A stretch of 64,000 bases of DNA. Origin: a bacterium (GTDB taxonomy: Bacteria > AUK180). The notes under the pieces were generated by a model that searched no databases, was not told where the DNA came from, and worked only from the letters and a program-made list of their open reading frames with translations. The DNA lies in the NCBI GenBank assembly GCA_023144005.1, contig JAGLGN010000006.1:1841-65840 (forward strand). The letters are read 5' to 3'. A program made the position numbers and the translations under genes. Below, in pieces: positions 19,444-30,616 of this stretch (positions are counted from its first letter, which is position 1; the number at the start of each line of letters is the position of its first letter).

Positions 19444-19842
19444 CTAAACTCTTCTTCTTTTACGGGGCTTACAACCATTATGGGGTACCGGTGTAATGTC
19501 CTCGATATACCCAATGCTGATCCCTGCTGAAGCAATTGATCTGATCGCTGTATCCCTTCCTGAACCGGGGCCCTTCACAAAGATATTCGCCTTGTTCATT
19601 CCCAAGGTATCAATTGCGAATTTCGCGACTTTTTCCGCTGCTTTGCCGGCTGCATAAGGTGTGCTTTTCTTGGATCCCTTGAATCCCACGCCTCCGGCGG
19701 AGCACCAGTTCAATGTATTTCCGTCGCCATCGGTCAGGGTAATTATCGTATTGTTGAAGGTGGATTGTATATGAAATATACCCTCGTTCAACTTCTGATG
19801 CTTCTTAACTTTTCTTTCTGTTTTCTTTTTTACTTTTGCCAT
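19444..19842 (-). CDS. rpsK: 30S ribosomal protein S11
   Basis: STFNNTI and PHNGC motifs. Confidence 0.98.
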   Translation of the reverse strand: MAKVKKKTERKVKKHQKLNEGIFHIQSTFNNTIITLTDGDGNTLNWCSAGGVGFKGSKKSTPYAAGKAAEKVAKFAIDTLGMNKANIFVKGPGSGRDTAIRSIASAGISIGYIEDITPVPHNGCKPRKRRRV

Positions 19843-19861
19843 CTCTTAGCTCCTATTGTCC

Positions 19862-20230
19862 CTACTTTTTCCTACCACCGATAGGAGGTCTTGGCCCCTT
19901 ATGGGATCTGGCATTGGACTGAGTGTTCTGTCCTCTCAAGGGCATATTCCTGATATGACGAATGCCTCTATAGCATCCGATATCCTTGAGTCTTCTTATA
20001 TTCATCTGAACCTCGGTTCTGAGATCACCCTCGACCTTGTATTTTCCTTCGATGATCTTCCTTATCTTCTGGACTTCTTTCTCATCCAAATCCTTGATAC
20101 GCTTTTCCGGATCAATGCCGCTTTCGGCCACGATCTTCTTAGCGGATGTCAAACCAATACCGAACAGATAGGTCAAACCAATGGTCACCTTCTTGTTTTT
20201 CGGAATATCAACTCCTACAATTCTCGCCAC
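19862..20230 (-). CDS. rpsM: 30S ribosomal protein S13
   Basis: MARIVGVDIP and YRGIRH motifs. Confidence 0.98.
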   Translation of the reverse strand: MARIVGVDIPKNKKVTIGLTYLFGIGLTSAKKIVAESGIDPEKRIKDLDEKEVQKIRKIIEGKYKVEGDLRTEVQMNIRRLKDIGCYRGIRHIRNMPLRGQNTQSNARSHKGPRPPIGGRKK

Positions 20231-20242
20231 ATCAGCCTCCTA

Positions 20243-20359
20243 TTATCCTTGTCTCTGCTTATGCTTTGGATCTCTGGAGCATAAGACCATTACGGTCTTG
20301 TTCCGTTTGATTATTTTGCAGTATTCGCACATTTTTTTTACTGAAGCTCTAACCTTCAT
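20243..20359 (-). CDS. rpmJ: 50S ribosomal protein L36
   Basis: Below the ORF-track cutoff; manual translation [38 protein letters not shown]. Confidence 0.97.
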   Translation of the reverse strand: MKVRASVKKMCEYCKIIKRNKTVMVLCSRDPKHKQRQG

Positions 20360-20586
20360 CTTATTCCTCTCCTGATAATTCTTCCCTTGGTCACGTCGTA
20401 TTTGCTTATTTCAACGATGACCTTATCACCGGGGTTCAGCTTAATATAATATAGCCTCATCTTCCCGGAAATGGTACATTCTATAACCACGCCGTTCTCA
20501 AGTTTAACCTTGAAAACAGTATTGGGCAGCTGCCTTACAACTTCCCCGTTCATGGAAAATTTGTTGTCGTCCATTTTACTCATCAT
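20356..20586 (-). CDS. infA: Translation initiation factor IF-1
   Basis: [19 protein letters not shown]. Confidence 0.97.
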   Translation of the reverse strand: MMSKMDDNKFSMNGEVVRQLPNTVFKVKLENGVVIECTISGKMRLYYIKLNPGDKVIVEISKYDVTKGRIIRRGIR

Positions 20587-21329
20587 ACAGTCAATCTTTC
20601 ACCTTTTTCGTCTCCCACCAGGTACATATTCTCCCAATGAGCAGACTGCTTCTCATCCTTGGTGACAACGGTCCATCCGTCCTTTTTTGTCCGGACCTCA
20701 AAGGTCCCTTCATTCACCATAGGTTCAATGCAGATCACCATCCCTTTTTTCAAAAGGAAACCGGTTCCCGTCAAGCCGTAATTAGGCACTTGAGGGTCCT
20801 CGTGAAGCGCGCGTCCGATGCCGTGTCCGACATAATCCCTGACCACGCTGTATCCTTCATCTTCAGCGATCTTTTGTATCTCATTGCCAAGGGTCCCAAG
20901 CTTCATTCCGTCCCTTGCCAGTTCGCCGCCTTTTTCGCAGCATTCTCTGGCAACACGGATCAGCCGCAGCTTGTCCCGATCATCACTGTCAATAAGGTAG
21001 GAGCGCGCCATATCACTATAAATTTCCTGATGCACCAACCCCAGATCTATCTTCAGTAGCTGCCCGGACTTAAGCTTTCTATTGGAAGTAGGTATCCCGT
21101 GGACTACTTCCTCGTTAATGGAAATACACGCAGTTGCCGGGAATCCGTTGTAGCCCTTAAAGGCTGGTCGGCAATTGCGTTTAAGTATTTCACTCTCGAG
21201 GAAAGTATCCAGTTCAAGGGTACTTCTCCCATCTGCTATGAGAGCCTCAGCACTTGTTAACACTTCAAAGAGCATATGCCCCGCATGGCGCATCAGATCG
21301 ATCTCATGCGCTGTTTTTATCAGGGGCAT
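20583..21329 (-). CDS. map: Methionine aminopeptidase type I
   Basis: CISINEEVVHGIP, GHGIG..HEDP and IEPM motifs. Confidence 0.97.
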   Translation of the reverse strand: MPLIKTAHEIDLMRHAGHMLFEVLTSAEALIADGRSTLELDTFLESEILKRNCRPAFKGYNGFPATACISINEEVVHGIPTSNRKLKSGQLLKIDLGLVHQEIYSDMARSYLIDSDDRDKLRLIRVARECCEKGGELARDGMKLGTLGNEIQKIAEDEGYSVVRDYVGHGIGRALHEDPQVPNYGLTGTGFLLKKGMVICIEPMVNEGTFEVRTKKDGWTVVTKDEKQSAHWENMYLVGDEKGERLTV

Positions 21330-21988
21330 AAAACTACCAACTTCACTAAATTTTCGTAAATAAATTCTATTTTATCATTTCCCTTGATTTCAGTCAATAG
21401 TTTTTTATCTTTATAAAAAGAGATGAGGGGTTCCGTGAGCTTCCTATAAACCTCAAGACGGTACTTCACTCTTTCGGGCTTATCATCATCCCTTTGTATT
21501 AATGGTATATCGCAATCGTCGCAGAACCCCTCACGCTTCGACGGCAGTGTCTTCAAATTATAGACCTTGCCGCATTTGGAGCAGATCCTTCGGGCGGAGA
21601 TCCTGTCAATGATCGCCTGGTCGGGAATGTTAAAATACACCGCCCGGTCAATAGCGATTCCGGTTATATCCGTGATCTCCTGAAGGTCTTTTCCCTGAAT
21701 GAGAGTTCGCGGATAGCCGTCCAGAATAAATTTATCATCCCCGGACAATGCCTTGAATTTTTCAAGAACGATCTCCTTCATGACATCATCGGAAACCAGG
21801 TCACCGCGATCCAGTATCGCTTTCACTTTGATCCCCAACGAGGTCTGATCCTTTATGCTTTCCCGGAGTATATCTCCGGTGGAAAAATGCATGAATCCCG
21901 ACCTGTCGCTCAACATTCCTGCCTGAGTTCCCTTTCCGCAGCCCGGAGGCCCAAGGAAAATCAGATGTTTACCGCAAGCTTTTCCCAT
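21320..21988 (-). CDS. adk: Adenylate kinase (Zn-LID)
   Basis: GPPGCGKGTQ and LDGYPR motifs. Confidence 0.97.
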   Translation of the reverse strand: MGKACGKHLIFLGPPGCGKGTQAGMLSDRSGFMHFSTGDILRESIKDQTSLGIKVKAILDRGDLVSDDVMKEIVLEKFKALSGDDKFILDGYPRTLIQGKDLQEITDITGIAIDRAVYFNIPDQAIIDRISARRICSKCGKVYNLKTLPSKREGFCDDCDIPLIQRDDDKPERVKYRLEVYRKLTEPLISFYKDKKLLTEIKGNDKIEFIYENLVKLVVLCP

Positions 21989-21990
21989 AT

Positions 21991-23304
21991 TTACATATGC
22001 CTGGATTTTATCCTTCGCTTTGAGAATCCGTCATAATGCCTCATTATCAGCTGTCCTTCTATCTGCTGTATGGTATCCAGAACAACACCGACCATGATCA
22101 GCAGTGATGTACCGCCGAAAAGCATCGACAATCCAGCGGGAATATGAAAAAGGGCCGTAATAATAGTAGGCAAGATAGCGATGATCGCCAACATCATGGC
22201 TCCGATAAAGGTAACCCTGCTTAGGATGGTATGTAGAAAAGCCGCCGTTTTCTTGCCGGGCCTCTTATTCTGAATAACAGCGCCGTACTTCTTCAGATTA
22301 TCCGATATCTCATCTGGATTGAAGGTGATCGCTGTGTAAAAGAAAGTAAAACCGATGACAAGGAAAAAGAAAATAATGATATAAAGAGGCTTATCCCAGG
22401 CAAAGTAATTATTTACAAAACCCCGAAAGCCCTCATGTTTTACGATCGCTGCAAGAGAGGTGGGGATCATCATAACGGATTGCGCGAAAATGATGGGAAT
22501 AACACTTGCTGAATTCACTCTCAATGGGAGATAATTCTTCGCCCCTTGGACCACTCTCCTTCCCTGTATCCTCTTTGGATACATGATCGGGATCTTTCGA
22601 GCGCCCAATGTAAGCATAATAGCAGCGACTGTGACCAGCAATACTATGAATATCAGCAGCAGTATCTTTGCGAATCCTATACCCCCGGTTGCCTGTATCT
22701 CAATAATGGAAGGAATAAGCCTCGCAACTATGCCGATCAGAATGATCAGGGAAATACCGTTCCCTATACCGATTTCGGTAATGGTCTCGCCAACCCACAT
22801 AAGCAGGACAGTGCCCGCCGTAAAGGTAAGCACCGCTACGAACATAAACAGCACGGGATTAATGGTCACTATCTGAACACCGCCGAGGTTTAGCCCGCTG
22901 ATCCATTTAGCGTAAGCCAGGGACTGCATAATACAGATAAGAATAGTACCGTAACGCGTATATTGTGTTAAAACCTTATTGCCGCGCTCGCCTTCATCAT
23001 GTAAGCGTTTGAATTCCGGAATAACATACACCAGAAGCTGAACGATGATCGAAGAAGTAATATACGGCATGATCCCCAGAGCAAATATAGTTACTCTTGA
23101 AAAGGCGCCGCCGGTAAACATATCATATAGGGAAAGCAGTGTACCCTGGGTCTGTGCCTGCATATATTCGATTATGGCATCCGAATTGATACCCGGAACC
23201 GGAATATGCTTCCCGAATCTGAAAACCAGCAAAAGAAGGAATGTGATCCAGAGTTTTCTGGTCAGATCCTTGACTTTGAATATATTTGCAAATCCCTTTA
23301 ACAT
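21991..23304 (-). CDS. secY: Preprotein translocase SecY
   Basis: FALGIMPYITSSI and GIGNGISL motifs. Confidence 0.98.
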   Translation of the reverse strand: MLKGFANIFKVKDLTRKLWITFLLLLVFRFGKHIPVPGINSDAIIEYMQAQTQGTLLSLYDMFTGGAFSRVTIFALGIMPYITSSIIVQLLVYVIPEFKRLHDEGERGNKVLTQYTRYGTILICIMQSLAYAKWISGLNLGGVQIVTINPVLFMFVAVLTFTAGTVLLMWVGETITEIGIGNGISLIILIGIVARLIPSIIEIQATGGIGFAKILLLIFIVLLVTVAAIMLTLGARKIPIMYPKRIQGRRVVQGAKNYLPLRVNSASVIPIIFAQSVMMIPTSLAAIVKHEGFRGFVNNYFAWDKPLYIIIFFFLVIGFTFFYTAITFNPDEISDNLKKYGAVIQNKRPGKKTAAFLHTILSRVTFIGAMMLAIIAILPTIITALFHIPAGLSMLFGGTSLLIMVGVVLDTIQQIEGQLIMRHYDGFSKRRIKSRHM

Positions 23305-23316
23305 TACTTACTCCTT

Positions 23317-23784
23317 CTAAACTTGGACATTTCCACCCTTGTCGGTAACTTCCTTCAAAGCGTTTTTTGAAAAGGCGAATTCATTGGTGAATTCCAGTTT
23401 CTTTTCCAGCTTCTTATCGGAAAGTATCTTTATCCTTTTTAATGCGGATGGTTTGATGAGAGATTTTGACAGAAGCAACTCTTCTGAGATTACTGTACCT
23501 TCATCAAATCTATTGAAGAAGGAGACCTTCATTATCACATAGTCTCTCTTCAAATTTCTCATCATATTCTGTTTTGAACCCTTGGACATACCTCTCTTCG
23601 GCACCTTACGCTGAATCGGCATCTGTCCGCCTTCATAGCCCGCCTTACTTTTATAACCGGTTCTTGACTTCTGGCCTTTATGGCCCCTGCCTGCCGTTTT
23701 TCCGTGACCGGATGATGTTCCACGGCCTATTCTTTTTCTTTTCTTTCTTGAATTTTCTGATATTCTCAGGTCATTTAATCTCAT
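23317..23784 (-). CDS. rplO: 50S ribosomal protein L15
   Basis: [19 protein letters not shown] motif. Confidence 0.97.
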   Translation of the reverse strand: MRLNDLRISENSRKKRKRIGRGTSSGHGKTAGRGHKGQKSRTGYKSKAGYEGGQMPIQRKVPKRGMSKGSKQNMMRNLKRDYVIMKVSFFNRFDEGTVISEELLLSKSLIKPSALKRIKILSDKKLEKKLEFTNEFAFSKNALKEVTDKGGNVQV

Positions 23785-24248
23785 TATTTCCCTCCGCTCT
23801 CGGGCTTCTTATCGCCTTTGGGGGCCTTCGTAGGCGCTGCTTTCTTAACGGGCTTTTCCGCGGCAGCCTTCTTCTGCGGTGCTTTCTCCGCTTTGGGCTG
23901 CTGCTTTTTCGATGCGGCGGCCGCTGTCTTCTTCGCAACAGGCGGCTTCTTCGCCGCTGCTGGCTTCTTCGCCGCCGAAGGCGTTTCCTTCTTTATCGTT
24001 TTCTCTTGAGTTTCCTTTTTCGGCGCTGCCGGTTTTTTCGGCGCAGCTTTTGGCTTCGCGGATTTATCCTCGAATATTTCATAGGATATCAGGTGATTCA
24101 CTTTCCTGATCATCCCCATGACACAATCATTCATGGGATATTCTCTTATTTGGCCGATCTTGCGTAAACCCAGCGAATCCATGACCACCTTCGTGGTGTT
24201 CTTCTCACGGATCCTGCTGCCAGTAACTCTAACCTTTACCCTTTTCAT
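23784..24248 (-). CDS. rpmD: 50S ribosomal protein L30 with K/A/P-rich C-terminal extension
   Basis: True start [13 protein letters not shown] at 24248; LGLRKI...[10 protein letters not shown]; position between rpsE and rplO. Confidence 0.93.
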   Translation of the reverse strand: MKRVKVRVTGSRIREKNTTKVVMDSLGLRKIGQIREYPMNDCVMGMIRKVNHLISYEIFEDKSAKPKAAPKKPAAPKKETQEKTIKKETPSAAKKPAAAKKPPVAKKTAAAASKKQQPKAEKAPQKKAAAEKPVKKAAPTKAPKGDKKPESGGK

Positions 24249-24750
24249 TATTGTTCTCCATCTGCTTGAAGGTCTGACGCACCTGCCATTTCTTATACAC
24301 ATTGCTTATCTTCCTCAAAGCATCCATTGTCGCTCTCGCGATATTTGTCTGCGAACCGGAGGTCAATGCCTTCGTAACGATATTCTTCATTCCGCTGACC
24401 TCCAAGATAGCACGCACGGATCCGCCGGCGATAATACCTGTTCCGGGACGGCCGGGTTTCAATAAAACCCTCGCGTTTCCCCACTGGCCGATCATTTCAA
24501 AGGGTATGGTCCCCTCATCATTGACCGGTATCTGTATCATATATCTCTTACCGTCATTCGCTGCTTTTCTCATCGCATCTGTTGTTTCATTTGCTTTACC
24601 GAAACCAAGGCCGACCTTTCCATTGACATCACCAACGGCCATGAGGCAGTTGAAACTGAATTTTCTTCCGCCCTTCAGGACCTTGGCAACCCTGTTGATC
24701 TTGATTATCTTCTCTTCATATTCTTTGACTTCTTCTCTGTAGAATGCCAT
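24229..24750 (-). CDS. rpsE: 30S ribosomal protein S5
   Basis: RVAKVLKGGRKFSF and PGTGIIAGG motifs. Confidence 0.98.
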   Translation of the reverse strand: MAFYREEVKEYEEKIIKINRVAKVLKGGRKFSFNCLMAVGDVNGKVGLGFGKANETTDAMRKAANDGKRYMIQIPVNDEGTIPFEMIGQWGNARVLLKPGRPGTGIIAGGSVRAILEVSGMKNIVTKALTSGSQTNIARATMDALRKISNVYKKWQVRQTFKQMENNNEKGKG

Positions 24751-24761
24751 AGTTCGCTCCT

Positions 24762-25115
24762 TTAAAATTTCAGTCCGGCTTCGCGGGCCGCGTCGGCTAA
24801 GGCTTTAATGCGGCCGTGATAGATGAATCCGTTTCTGTCAAATACCACTTTCTCAAAGCTCTTTTCCTTGCACATTTCGGCAATTTTCTTACCAACGGCC
24901 TTTGCGGCATCCGAATTCCCACCGTATTTTAGAGTCTTCTTCACATCCTCGGTCAATGTCGAACAGCCGAAAAGGACCTTGCCGGCCTCATCGTCCACGA
25001 CCTGAACATAGATATGCTGAAGGCTTTTATAAACACAGAGTCTGGGAATGTCGCCGGTTCCGTTGACAACTTTTCTTATGTGTTTTTTTCTTCTGAATCT
25101 TTTTTCCTGTTTCAT
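24762..25115 (-). CDS. rplR: 50S ribosomal protein L18
   Basis: VFDRNGFIYHGRIKALADAAREAGL. Confidence 0.98.
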   Translation of the reverse strand: MKQEKRFRRKKHIRKVVNGTGDIPRLCVYKSLQHIYVQVVDDEAGKVLFGCSTLTEDVKKTLKYGGNSDAAKAVGKKIAEMCKEKSFEKVVFDRNGFIYHGRIKALADAAREAGLKF

Positions 25116-25124
25116 ATTGTACCT

Positions 25125-25706
25125 CTATACAGTGGCACCGGATTTGCCGGATTTTGTCTTAACGAACTCATCAATGTATCTGATCCCCTTTCCATGATAG
25201 GGTTCCGGTGGAAGAAAGTGTCTGATCTTCGCCGCAACCTGTCCGACCAGCTGCTTGTCTATACCGCTGACGGTGATGGCGCCGGCGTATCTGCCTCTTT
25301 CTATTCCGGGAATATTGAGTTCTGTCGTTTTCATTGGAGTAAGCTCGATGCCGGCGGGAGGTGTAAGGCTTTTATTGATAAAATTAACGCTTAAGGAAAA
25401 ATCCTTTCCCTTCACTTCCATCTTTCCGCCCTTCCAGATAAGTACCAATGTCTTCGAATAACCCTCGGAGACCCCTATAGCCATATTGTAAATGAGGGCT
25501 CTCGAAAGGCCGTGAAAAGCCTTTATCTTTTTTAATTCGCTTCCTCTTTTCACTTCAACCTGATTATCCTTAATGGAAAGGGAGATCTCGGGAAGAAGCG
25601 CCCATTTCAATTCACCTTTGGGGCCCTTGACATGAACGGTATTATCCTTCACCTCGATTTGAACTCCCTTCGGTATTTCAATAAGAAGATTTCCTATTTT
25701 TGACAT
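25125..25706 (-). CDS. rplF: 50S ribosomal protein L6
   Basis: True start MSKIG at 25706; PEPYHGKGIRY. Confidence 0.97.
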   Translation of the reverse strand: MSKIGNLLIEIPKGVQIEVKDNTVHVKGPKGELKWALLPEISLSIKDNQVEVKRGSELKKIKAFHGLSRALIYNMAIGVSEGYSKTLVLIWKGGKMEVKGKDFSLSVNFINKSLTPPAGIELTPMKTTELNIPGIERGRYAGAITVSGIDKQLVGQVAAKIRHFLPPEPYHGKGIRYIDEFVKTKSGKSGATV

Positions 25707-25717
25707 TATTAACCTCT

Positions 25718-26119
25718 TTACCAGATATAGCAGAGAAGCTCGCCGCCAACCTTGTTGAAGCGGCAATCCTTATCAGTCAGGACACCATGTGATGTTGAAA
25801 CAATGGCTACGCCGTAGCCGTTCAGCACCCTTGGTATATCCTTGTATGATTTATAGATTCTTCTGCCGGGTTTTGACACCCTTTTTAGTCCGGAAATCAG
25901 ACTTTCATTTTTTTCGCCGTAACGTAAAAAGAGAACCAGAGATTTCTTATTAGCGGTGATATCCTTGATGGTATAATCCGCGATAAAACCTTCTTTCTTC
26001 AGGATGGATGTAACCTCTTCCTTCATCTTAGAATGGTTGATCTCTACCTCTTTATGTTCAGCCATGCATGCATTTCTAATCCTTGTAAGTAAATCTGCGA
26101 TCGGATCTGTCATTACCAT
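25718..26119 (-). CDS. rpsH: 30S ribosomal protein S8
   Basis: [13 protein letters not shown] and SKPGRRIY motifs. Confidence 0.98.
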   Translation of the reverse strand: MVMTDPIADLLTRIRNACMAEHKEVEINHSKMKEEVTSILKKEGFIADYTIKDITANKKSLVLFLRYGEKNESLISGLKRVSKPGRRIYKSYKDIPRVLNGYGVAIVSTSHGVLTDKDCRFNKVGGELLCYIW

Positions 26120-26129
26120 AATATTCCCC

Positions 26130-26315
26130 TTACCACGAGGCCTTCTTTACCCCGGGGAGCTTGCCTTGACTGGCCAATTCCCTGAAGCAAATTCTGCACA
26201 TATCAAATCTTCTGTAGTACGCACGAGCGCGGCCACAGATCGGACATCTATTATATTCTCTAACCTTGAACTTACTGCCGGCTTTTTGTTTAACTCTCCA
26301 CGATTTTTTCGCCAA
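26130..26315 (-). CDS. rpsZ: 30S ribosomal protein S14, Zn-binding type Z
   Basis: 61 aa; RCPICGR...CRICFR. Confidence 0.97.
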   Translation of the reverse strand: MAKKSWRVKQKAGSKFKVREYNRCPICGRARAYYRRFDMCRICFRELASQGKLPGVKKASW

Positions 26316-26326
26316 TTTTTTCTCCT

Positions 26327-26875
26327 CTACTTCTTTTGCTTCTTAAAGGGGAAACCTAATTCCCTGAGCAGTGCTTCCGCTTCTTCATCTGTGGCATTAC
26401 TGGTTGTGATCGAGATATTCATTCCTCTGATAACCTGAACCTTCTCAATGTCGATCTCAGGAAAGATGAATTGCTCTCTCAAACCAAAATTATAATTTCC
26501 CCGGCCATCGAACTGACTTGTCTTGAAGCCTTTAAAATCCTTGATACGGGGAGCGGTTACCGAAATAAACCTGTCCAGGAATTCCCACATCATCGCTCTT
26601 CGCAATGTTACGGAAGTACCCACTGCCATACCATCTCTAAGCTTGAAGTTCGCTATAGATTTTCGGGCTTTGTTCAAACGGGGTTTCTGACCCGTAATAA
26701 TAGACAGGTCCTTCATCGCGGCTTCTATGTTCTTATAATCTTTGATCGCATCGCCGACGCCCATATTAACAACGATCTTTTTAATATTGGGGATCTGCAT
26801 TTCGTTCTTGTACTTGAACTCTTCTTTCAGTTTCTTTCTGACCTCTTTGTATTTGGTCTTTAATCTAGGTTCCAT
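26327..26875 (-). CDS. rplE: 50S ribosomal protein L5
   Basis: KIVVNMGVG and FDGRGNY motifs. Confidence 0.98.
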   Translation of the reverse strand: MEPRLKTKYKEVRKKLKEEFKYKNEMQIPNIKKIVVNMGVGDAIKDYKNIEAAMKDLSIITGQKPRLNKARKSIANFKLRDGMAVGTSVTLRRAMMWEFLDRFISVTAPRIKDFKGFKTSQFDGRGNYNFGLREQFIFPEIDIEKVQVIRGMNISITTSNATDEEAEALLRELGFPFKKQKK

Positions 26876-26888
26876 CTGACTTCCTCAA

Positions 26889-27218
26889 TTATTTGTATTC
26901 AAGCACGGCATCACAGCTGACACATTTTCTGATGACTTTGCCGTGCGCCCTTTCATACTTGACCCTGACACCTTTGTGACAGGCATTGCAATAAGGCATG
27001 ACCTTTGACATCTTAAGGGGAGCCGGTTCTTCAACTATTCCGCCCTGCTTATTATTCGCGGGGTCGGCCTTCGTGGACTTCTTCATAAGGTTGAGGCCTT
27101 CAACGATGACCTTGTCACTCTTGCGGAGGACCTTCAAGACCTTACCCATCTTCCCTTTTATCGCGCTCTTTCCGGAAATGATCTGTACGATATCTCCTTT
27201 TTTTATCCTGTTTCCCAT
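26889..27218 (-). CDS. rplX: 50S ribosomal protein L24
   Basis: IKKGD.VQIISGK KOW motif; C-terminal CxxC..CxxC. Confidence 0.97.
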   Translation of the reverse strand: MGNRIKKGDIVQIISGKSAIKGKMGKVLKVLRKSDKVIVEGLNLMKKSTKADPANNKQGGIVEEPAPLKMSKVMPYCNACHKGVRVKYERAHGKVIRKCVSCDAVLEYK

Positions 27219-27227
27219 ATATTTCTC

Positions 27228-27599
27228 CTACCAGACCTCGGGTGCAAGAGACACTATCTTCATGTACTTGTTGACACCGGTACGCAATTCTCTCGCGACC
27301 GGCCCGAAGATCCTGGTTCCCTGGGGATTTTGCTGATCGTCAATAATGACAACACTGTTATCATCAAATTTAATATAACTTCCGTCCGGCCTTCTGATCT
27401 CCTTGGCGATCCTTACGATCACGCCTTTAACTATATCACCTTTCGTGTTATTTGAATTGGGGATGATCTTTTTTACGGCCAAAGCCACAATATCGCCTAA
27501 GCTGGCCGTGCTTCGGTTGGAACCGTAAAATCCGATCACAAGAGCCCTCTTTATCCCTGTATTATCAGCGACATTGACCATTGTGTTTCTCTGTATCAT
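27228..27599 (-). CDS. rplN: 50S ribosomal protein L14
   Basis: VADNTG and [12 protein letters not shown] motifs. Confidence 0.98.
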   Translation of the reverse strand: MIQRNTMVNVADNTGIKRALVIGFYGSNRSTASLGDIVALAVKKIIPNSNNTKGDIVKGVIVRIAKEIRRPDGSYIKFDDNSVVIIDDQQNPQGTRIFGPVARELRTGVNKYMKIVSLAPEVW

Positions 27600-27609
27600 C
27601 TATAATCTC

Positions 27610-27867
27610 CTACGAAACGACCTTTTTCAGAACGGTGAGCAGTCTCCACCTTTTTCTTTTTGAAAGGGGTCTTGTTTCCATGATCTCCACGAAATCTCCG
27701 ACCTTACATTCGTTCTTCTCATCATGTACGGCAAATTTATTGCTCTGCTTGTAATACTTCTTGAACCTGGGGTGAAGCTTGAGTGTCTCGACCCTGACGA
27801 TGATCGTTTTATCCATCTTGTCAGAGACGACCAAACCCTTCCTCACTTTTCGTCTATTTCTTTCCAT
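27610..27867 (-). CDS. rpsQ: 30S ribosomal protein S17
   Basis: VVSDKMDKT and ETRPLSK motifs. Confidence 0.98.
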   Translation of the reverse strand: MERNRRKVRKGLVVSDKMDKTIIVRVETLKLHPRFKKYYKQSNKFAVHDEKNECKVGDFVEIMETRPLSKRKRWRLLTVLKKVVS

Positions 27868-28057
27868 CTTTATTCTCCTTTTCCGTGAGAATGGTCAAAA
27901 ATCTTGCGATTTCTTTCTTCTCCGATTTAAACTTACTGAAATCGGTGAGCTGGCCTATTTTCCTCTGGAATCTAAGATGCATAAGGTTGGATTTCATCTC
28001 GTCGACCTTGTGTTTGATCTCGTCAACTGTCATTGCTCTAATTTCCGACGTTTTCAT
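27854..28057 (-). CDS. rpmC: 50S ribosomal protein L29
   Basis: LRFQ..GQL...KKEIAR..T; operon position. Confidence 0.95.
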   Translation of the reverse strand: MKTSEIRAMTVDEIKHKVDEMKSNLMHLRFQRKIGQLTDFSKFKSEKKEIARFLTILTEKENKDGKK

Positions 28058-28062
28058 TTTCC

Positions 28063-28467
28063 CTACCTCTTAATAAAATTGGTTTTTACACTCAATTTGT
28101 ATGATGCTTGTTTCAATATCCGCTTTGCCTCAACCTCATCCACACCGGATATCTCGAACAGAACATGACCTGGTTTTACAGCGGCGACCCATTTGTCGGG
28201 AGCGCCTTTACCCTTTCCCATTCTAACTTCCAGCGGTTTTGAGGTAAGTACTTTCTGAGGGAAGATCCTAATCCAGATCTTACCGATCTTTCTCAATTTC
28301 TTATTCAAATTTACTCTGACAGATTCGATCTCATTAGCGGTGATAAATGCGTGTTCTTTGGTTTGAATGCCGTATTCTCCGAAGGATACGCGATTGCCCC
28401 TCTGGGCATGGCCTCTGATCCTTCCTTTCTGCATTTTCCTAAACTTACTTTTTCTTGGCATTAACAT
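28063..28467 (-). CDS. rplP: 50S ribosomal protein L16
   Basis: RMGKGKG motif. Confidence 0.98.
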   Translation of the reverse strand: MLMPRKSKFRKMQKGRIRGHAQRGNRVSFGEYGIQTKEHAFITANEIESVRVNLNKKLRKIGKIWIRIFPQKVLTSKPLEVRMGKGKGAPDKWVAAVKPGHVLFEISGVDEVEAKRILKQASYKLSVKTNFIKR

Positions 28468-28478
28468 AATATTCCTCT

Positions 28479-29126
28479 TTAATCAATTAGTTCTTTGTGA
28501 GATTTCACATCACCCTTATAGAGCCATACCTTAACACCGATAATACCATAGGACGTCCGTGAGGCAACATAGGCATATTCAATATTCGCTCTCAAAGTGT
28601 GAAGAGGGATCCTGCCCTTTTTTTCCCACTCGATCCTTGCCATTTCAGAACCGGCAATACGGCCCGCGATGCGCATCTTGATGCCCTTTGCTCCTCTTGC
28701 CATGGATTCCAAAGCAGTCTTTTTAATGACGCGCTTGAAATGCATTCTTCTTGCCAGCTGATTGGCAACATTCTGAGCAACGATATTCGCGTCAAGATTG
28801 GGCTCGATTATTTCAGAGATCTCAACCTTGTATTCTTCTCCCCATTTCTTCTTAAGAGCTGTGGTGAGCTTTTTTATTTCTGTCCCTTTCTGGCCGATGA
28901 TAAATGCGGGCCTAACAACAAACACACGGATCTTGTTCTGTTTTGTACCCTTTCTCTCGAAGATGATCCTGCCGATGCCGGCATCTTTATAGTTTTCCCG
29001 TATGAAATTTTCGATGCCTCTCTCATTGATAACATTCTTCGCATAGTTCTTCTCATTAAACCATCTGGAGGACCAATTCTTTGTAATTCCTACTCTGAAT
29101 CCTTCCGGATTTACTTTCTGACCCAT
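28479..29126 (-). CDS. rpsC: 30S ribosomal protein S3
   Basis: MGQKVNPEGFR and GRIPLHTLRA motifs. Confidence 0.98.
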   Translation of the reverse strand: MGQKVNPEGFRVGITKNWSSRWFNEKNYAKNVINERGIENFIRENYKDAGIGRIIFERKGTKQNKIRVFVVRPAFIIGQKGTEIKKLTTALKKKWGEEYKVEISEIIEPNLDANIVAQNVANQLARRMHFKRVIKKTALESMARGAKGIKMRIAGRIAGSEMARIEWEKKGRIPLHTLRANIEYAYVASRTSYGIIGVKVWLYKGDVKSHKELID

Positions 29127-29135
29127 AATTACCTC

Positions 29136-29483
29136 TTATTTCCCATCAGTGAGGACAACTTCGACATGGGATGTCCTTCTCTTTATTATAGTAGCCCGTC
29201 CCATGGAGAGGGGTTTCATTCTCTTCAAACCGGGGCCTTCATCAACTGAAATGGTCTTGATGCGAAGATCTTCTTCCTTCATATTCTTCTGAATAGCATT
29301 TGCCAGAGCGCTTTTTATCAGCTTTGACAGCAGCTTCGCGCCCTTTGAGGGCTCCAGCTGAAGAACATTTATGGCATCAACGACGCTGTATCCGTATTCC
29401 TTTTTGATTCCCCTGGCGATCCTTCTCATCTTGAGCGGAGAGTACCTGGCGTATCTGAGTTTTGCTGAAGTTTCCATATACAT
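29136..29483 (-). CDS. rplV: 50S ribosomal protein L22
   Basis: SP.KMR, SALANA and GRA..I.RRTSH motifs. Confidence 0.97.
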   Translation of the reverse strand: MYMETSAKLRYARYSPLKMRRIARGIKKEYGYSVVDAINVLQLEPSKGAKLLSKLIKSALANAIQKNMKEEDLRIKTISVDEGPGLKRMKPLSMGRATIIKRRTSHVEVVLTDGK

Positions 29484-29487
29484 CTCC

Positions 29488-29766
29488 CTATTTCATCTTC
29501 TTGACAAGACGGCCGCCATGTGTCTTAAAATATCTTGTGAGAGCGAATTCTCCAAGACGGTGGCCGACCATGTTCTCGGTTACAAAAACTGTGACAAATT
29601 TTTTGCCGTTGTGTACCTGAAAGGTCAATCCGACCATATCGGGAATAAGCATACTTGCCCGCGACCAGGTCTTGATCGGCTTGGTATCGCCGCTTGCTCT
29701 CATCTTCTGGACCTTTTTCATCAATTTTTCATGTACGAAAAACCCTTTTTTTAATGATCTACTCAT
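29488..29766 (-). CDS. rpsS: 30S ribosomal protein S19
   Basis: MSRSLKKG and MVGHRLGEF motifs. Confidence 0.98.
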   Translation of the reverse strand: MSRSLKKGFFVHEKLMKKVQKMRASGDTKPIKTWSRASMLIPDMVGLTFQVHNGKKFVTVFVTENMVGHRLGEFALTRYFKTHGGRLVKKMK

Positions 29767-29775
29767 ATGATTCCC

Positions 29776-30606
29776 CTACTTCTTCCTTCTTCTCACGATC
29801 CACTTGTCGGAGTACTTGTTCTTATCCCTGGTTCTCTTGCCCTTTGCCGGCGTACCCCAAGGAGAAACGGGCATTTTATACCCTTTCTGCTTTCCGCGGC
29901 CGCCGCCATGAGGATGATCATGCGCGTTCATCGCCACACCTCTGACCTTCGGCCTTCTTCCCAAATACCTGGATCTTCCGGCTTTGCCGAGAGTGATATT
30001 TGCATGCTCCGAATTGGAAACTATACCGATGGTCGCCTTGCAATTGGTATGGAATTTCCTCATTTCCTTGGAGGGAAGTTCTATATAAGCGGTGTCTCCT
30101 TCACGCGACTTGATGATCGCCGAGGCACCTGCGCTTCTCACCATCTGACCTCTTCCTCTTCCGGGAATGATCTCGATATTGTGAATAGGCGTTCCTTCCG
30201 GAATGTTCTTTAAATATGTGCAATTGCCGGGCTTAAGCTCGACTTCGTCGCCTGCCATGACCGATGCGCCGACATTCAGATTCTCAGGCGTAATAATATA
30301 GCGCCTTTCGCCGTCAGCGTACTTGACAAGAGAGATCCTGGCTGTCCGGTTGGGATCGTATTCTATTGTTTCCACTATACCGGGAATATTCCATTTATCT
30401 CTTTTGAAATCAATATAGCGGTAAAGTCTCTTGGCTCCGCCGCCCCTTCTTCTGACAGTGATCCTGCCATGATTGTTCCTGCCGCAGATCCTGGTTTTGC
30501 CCACGGTAAGAGGCTTGAAGGGTTTATCCTTAGTGATCTCGGAGAAATCGGAAAGCTTCGTGAACCTTCTTGTCGGTGTATATGGTTTATGCTGCTTGAT
30601 TCCCAT
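29776..30606 (-). CDS. rplB: 50S ribosomal protein L2
   Basis: True start MGIKQHKP at 30606; EYDPNR; DHPHGGG. Confidence 0.98.
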   Translation of the reverse strand: MGIKQHKPYTPTRRFTKLSDFSEITKDKPFKPLTVGKTRICGRNNHGRITVRRRGGGAKRLYRYIDFKRDKWNIPGIVETIEYDPNRTARISLVKYADGERRYIITPENLNVGASVMAGDEVELKPGNCTYLKNIPEGTPIHNIEIIPGRGRGQMVRSAGASAIIKSREGDTAYIELPSKEMRKFHTNCKATIGIVSNSEHANITLGKAGRSRYLGRRPKVRGVAMNAHDHPHGGGRGKQKGYKMPVSPWGTPAKGKRTRDKNKYSDKWIVRRRKK

Positions 30607-30616
30607 ATCTGTTCTC

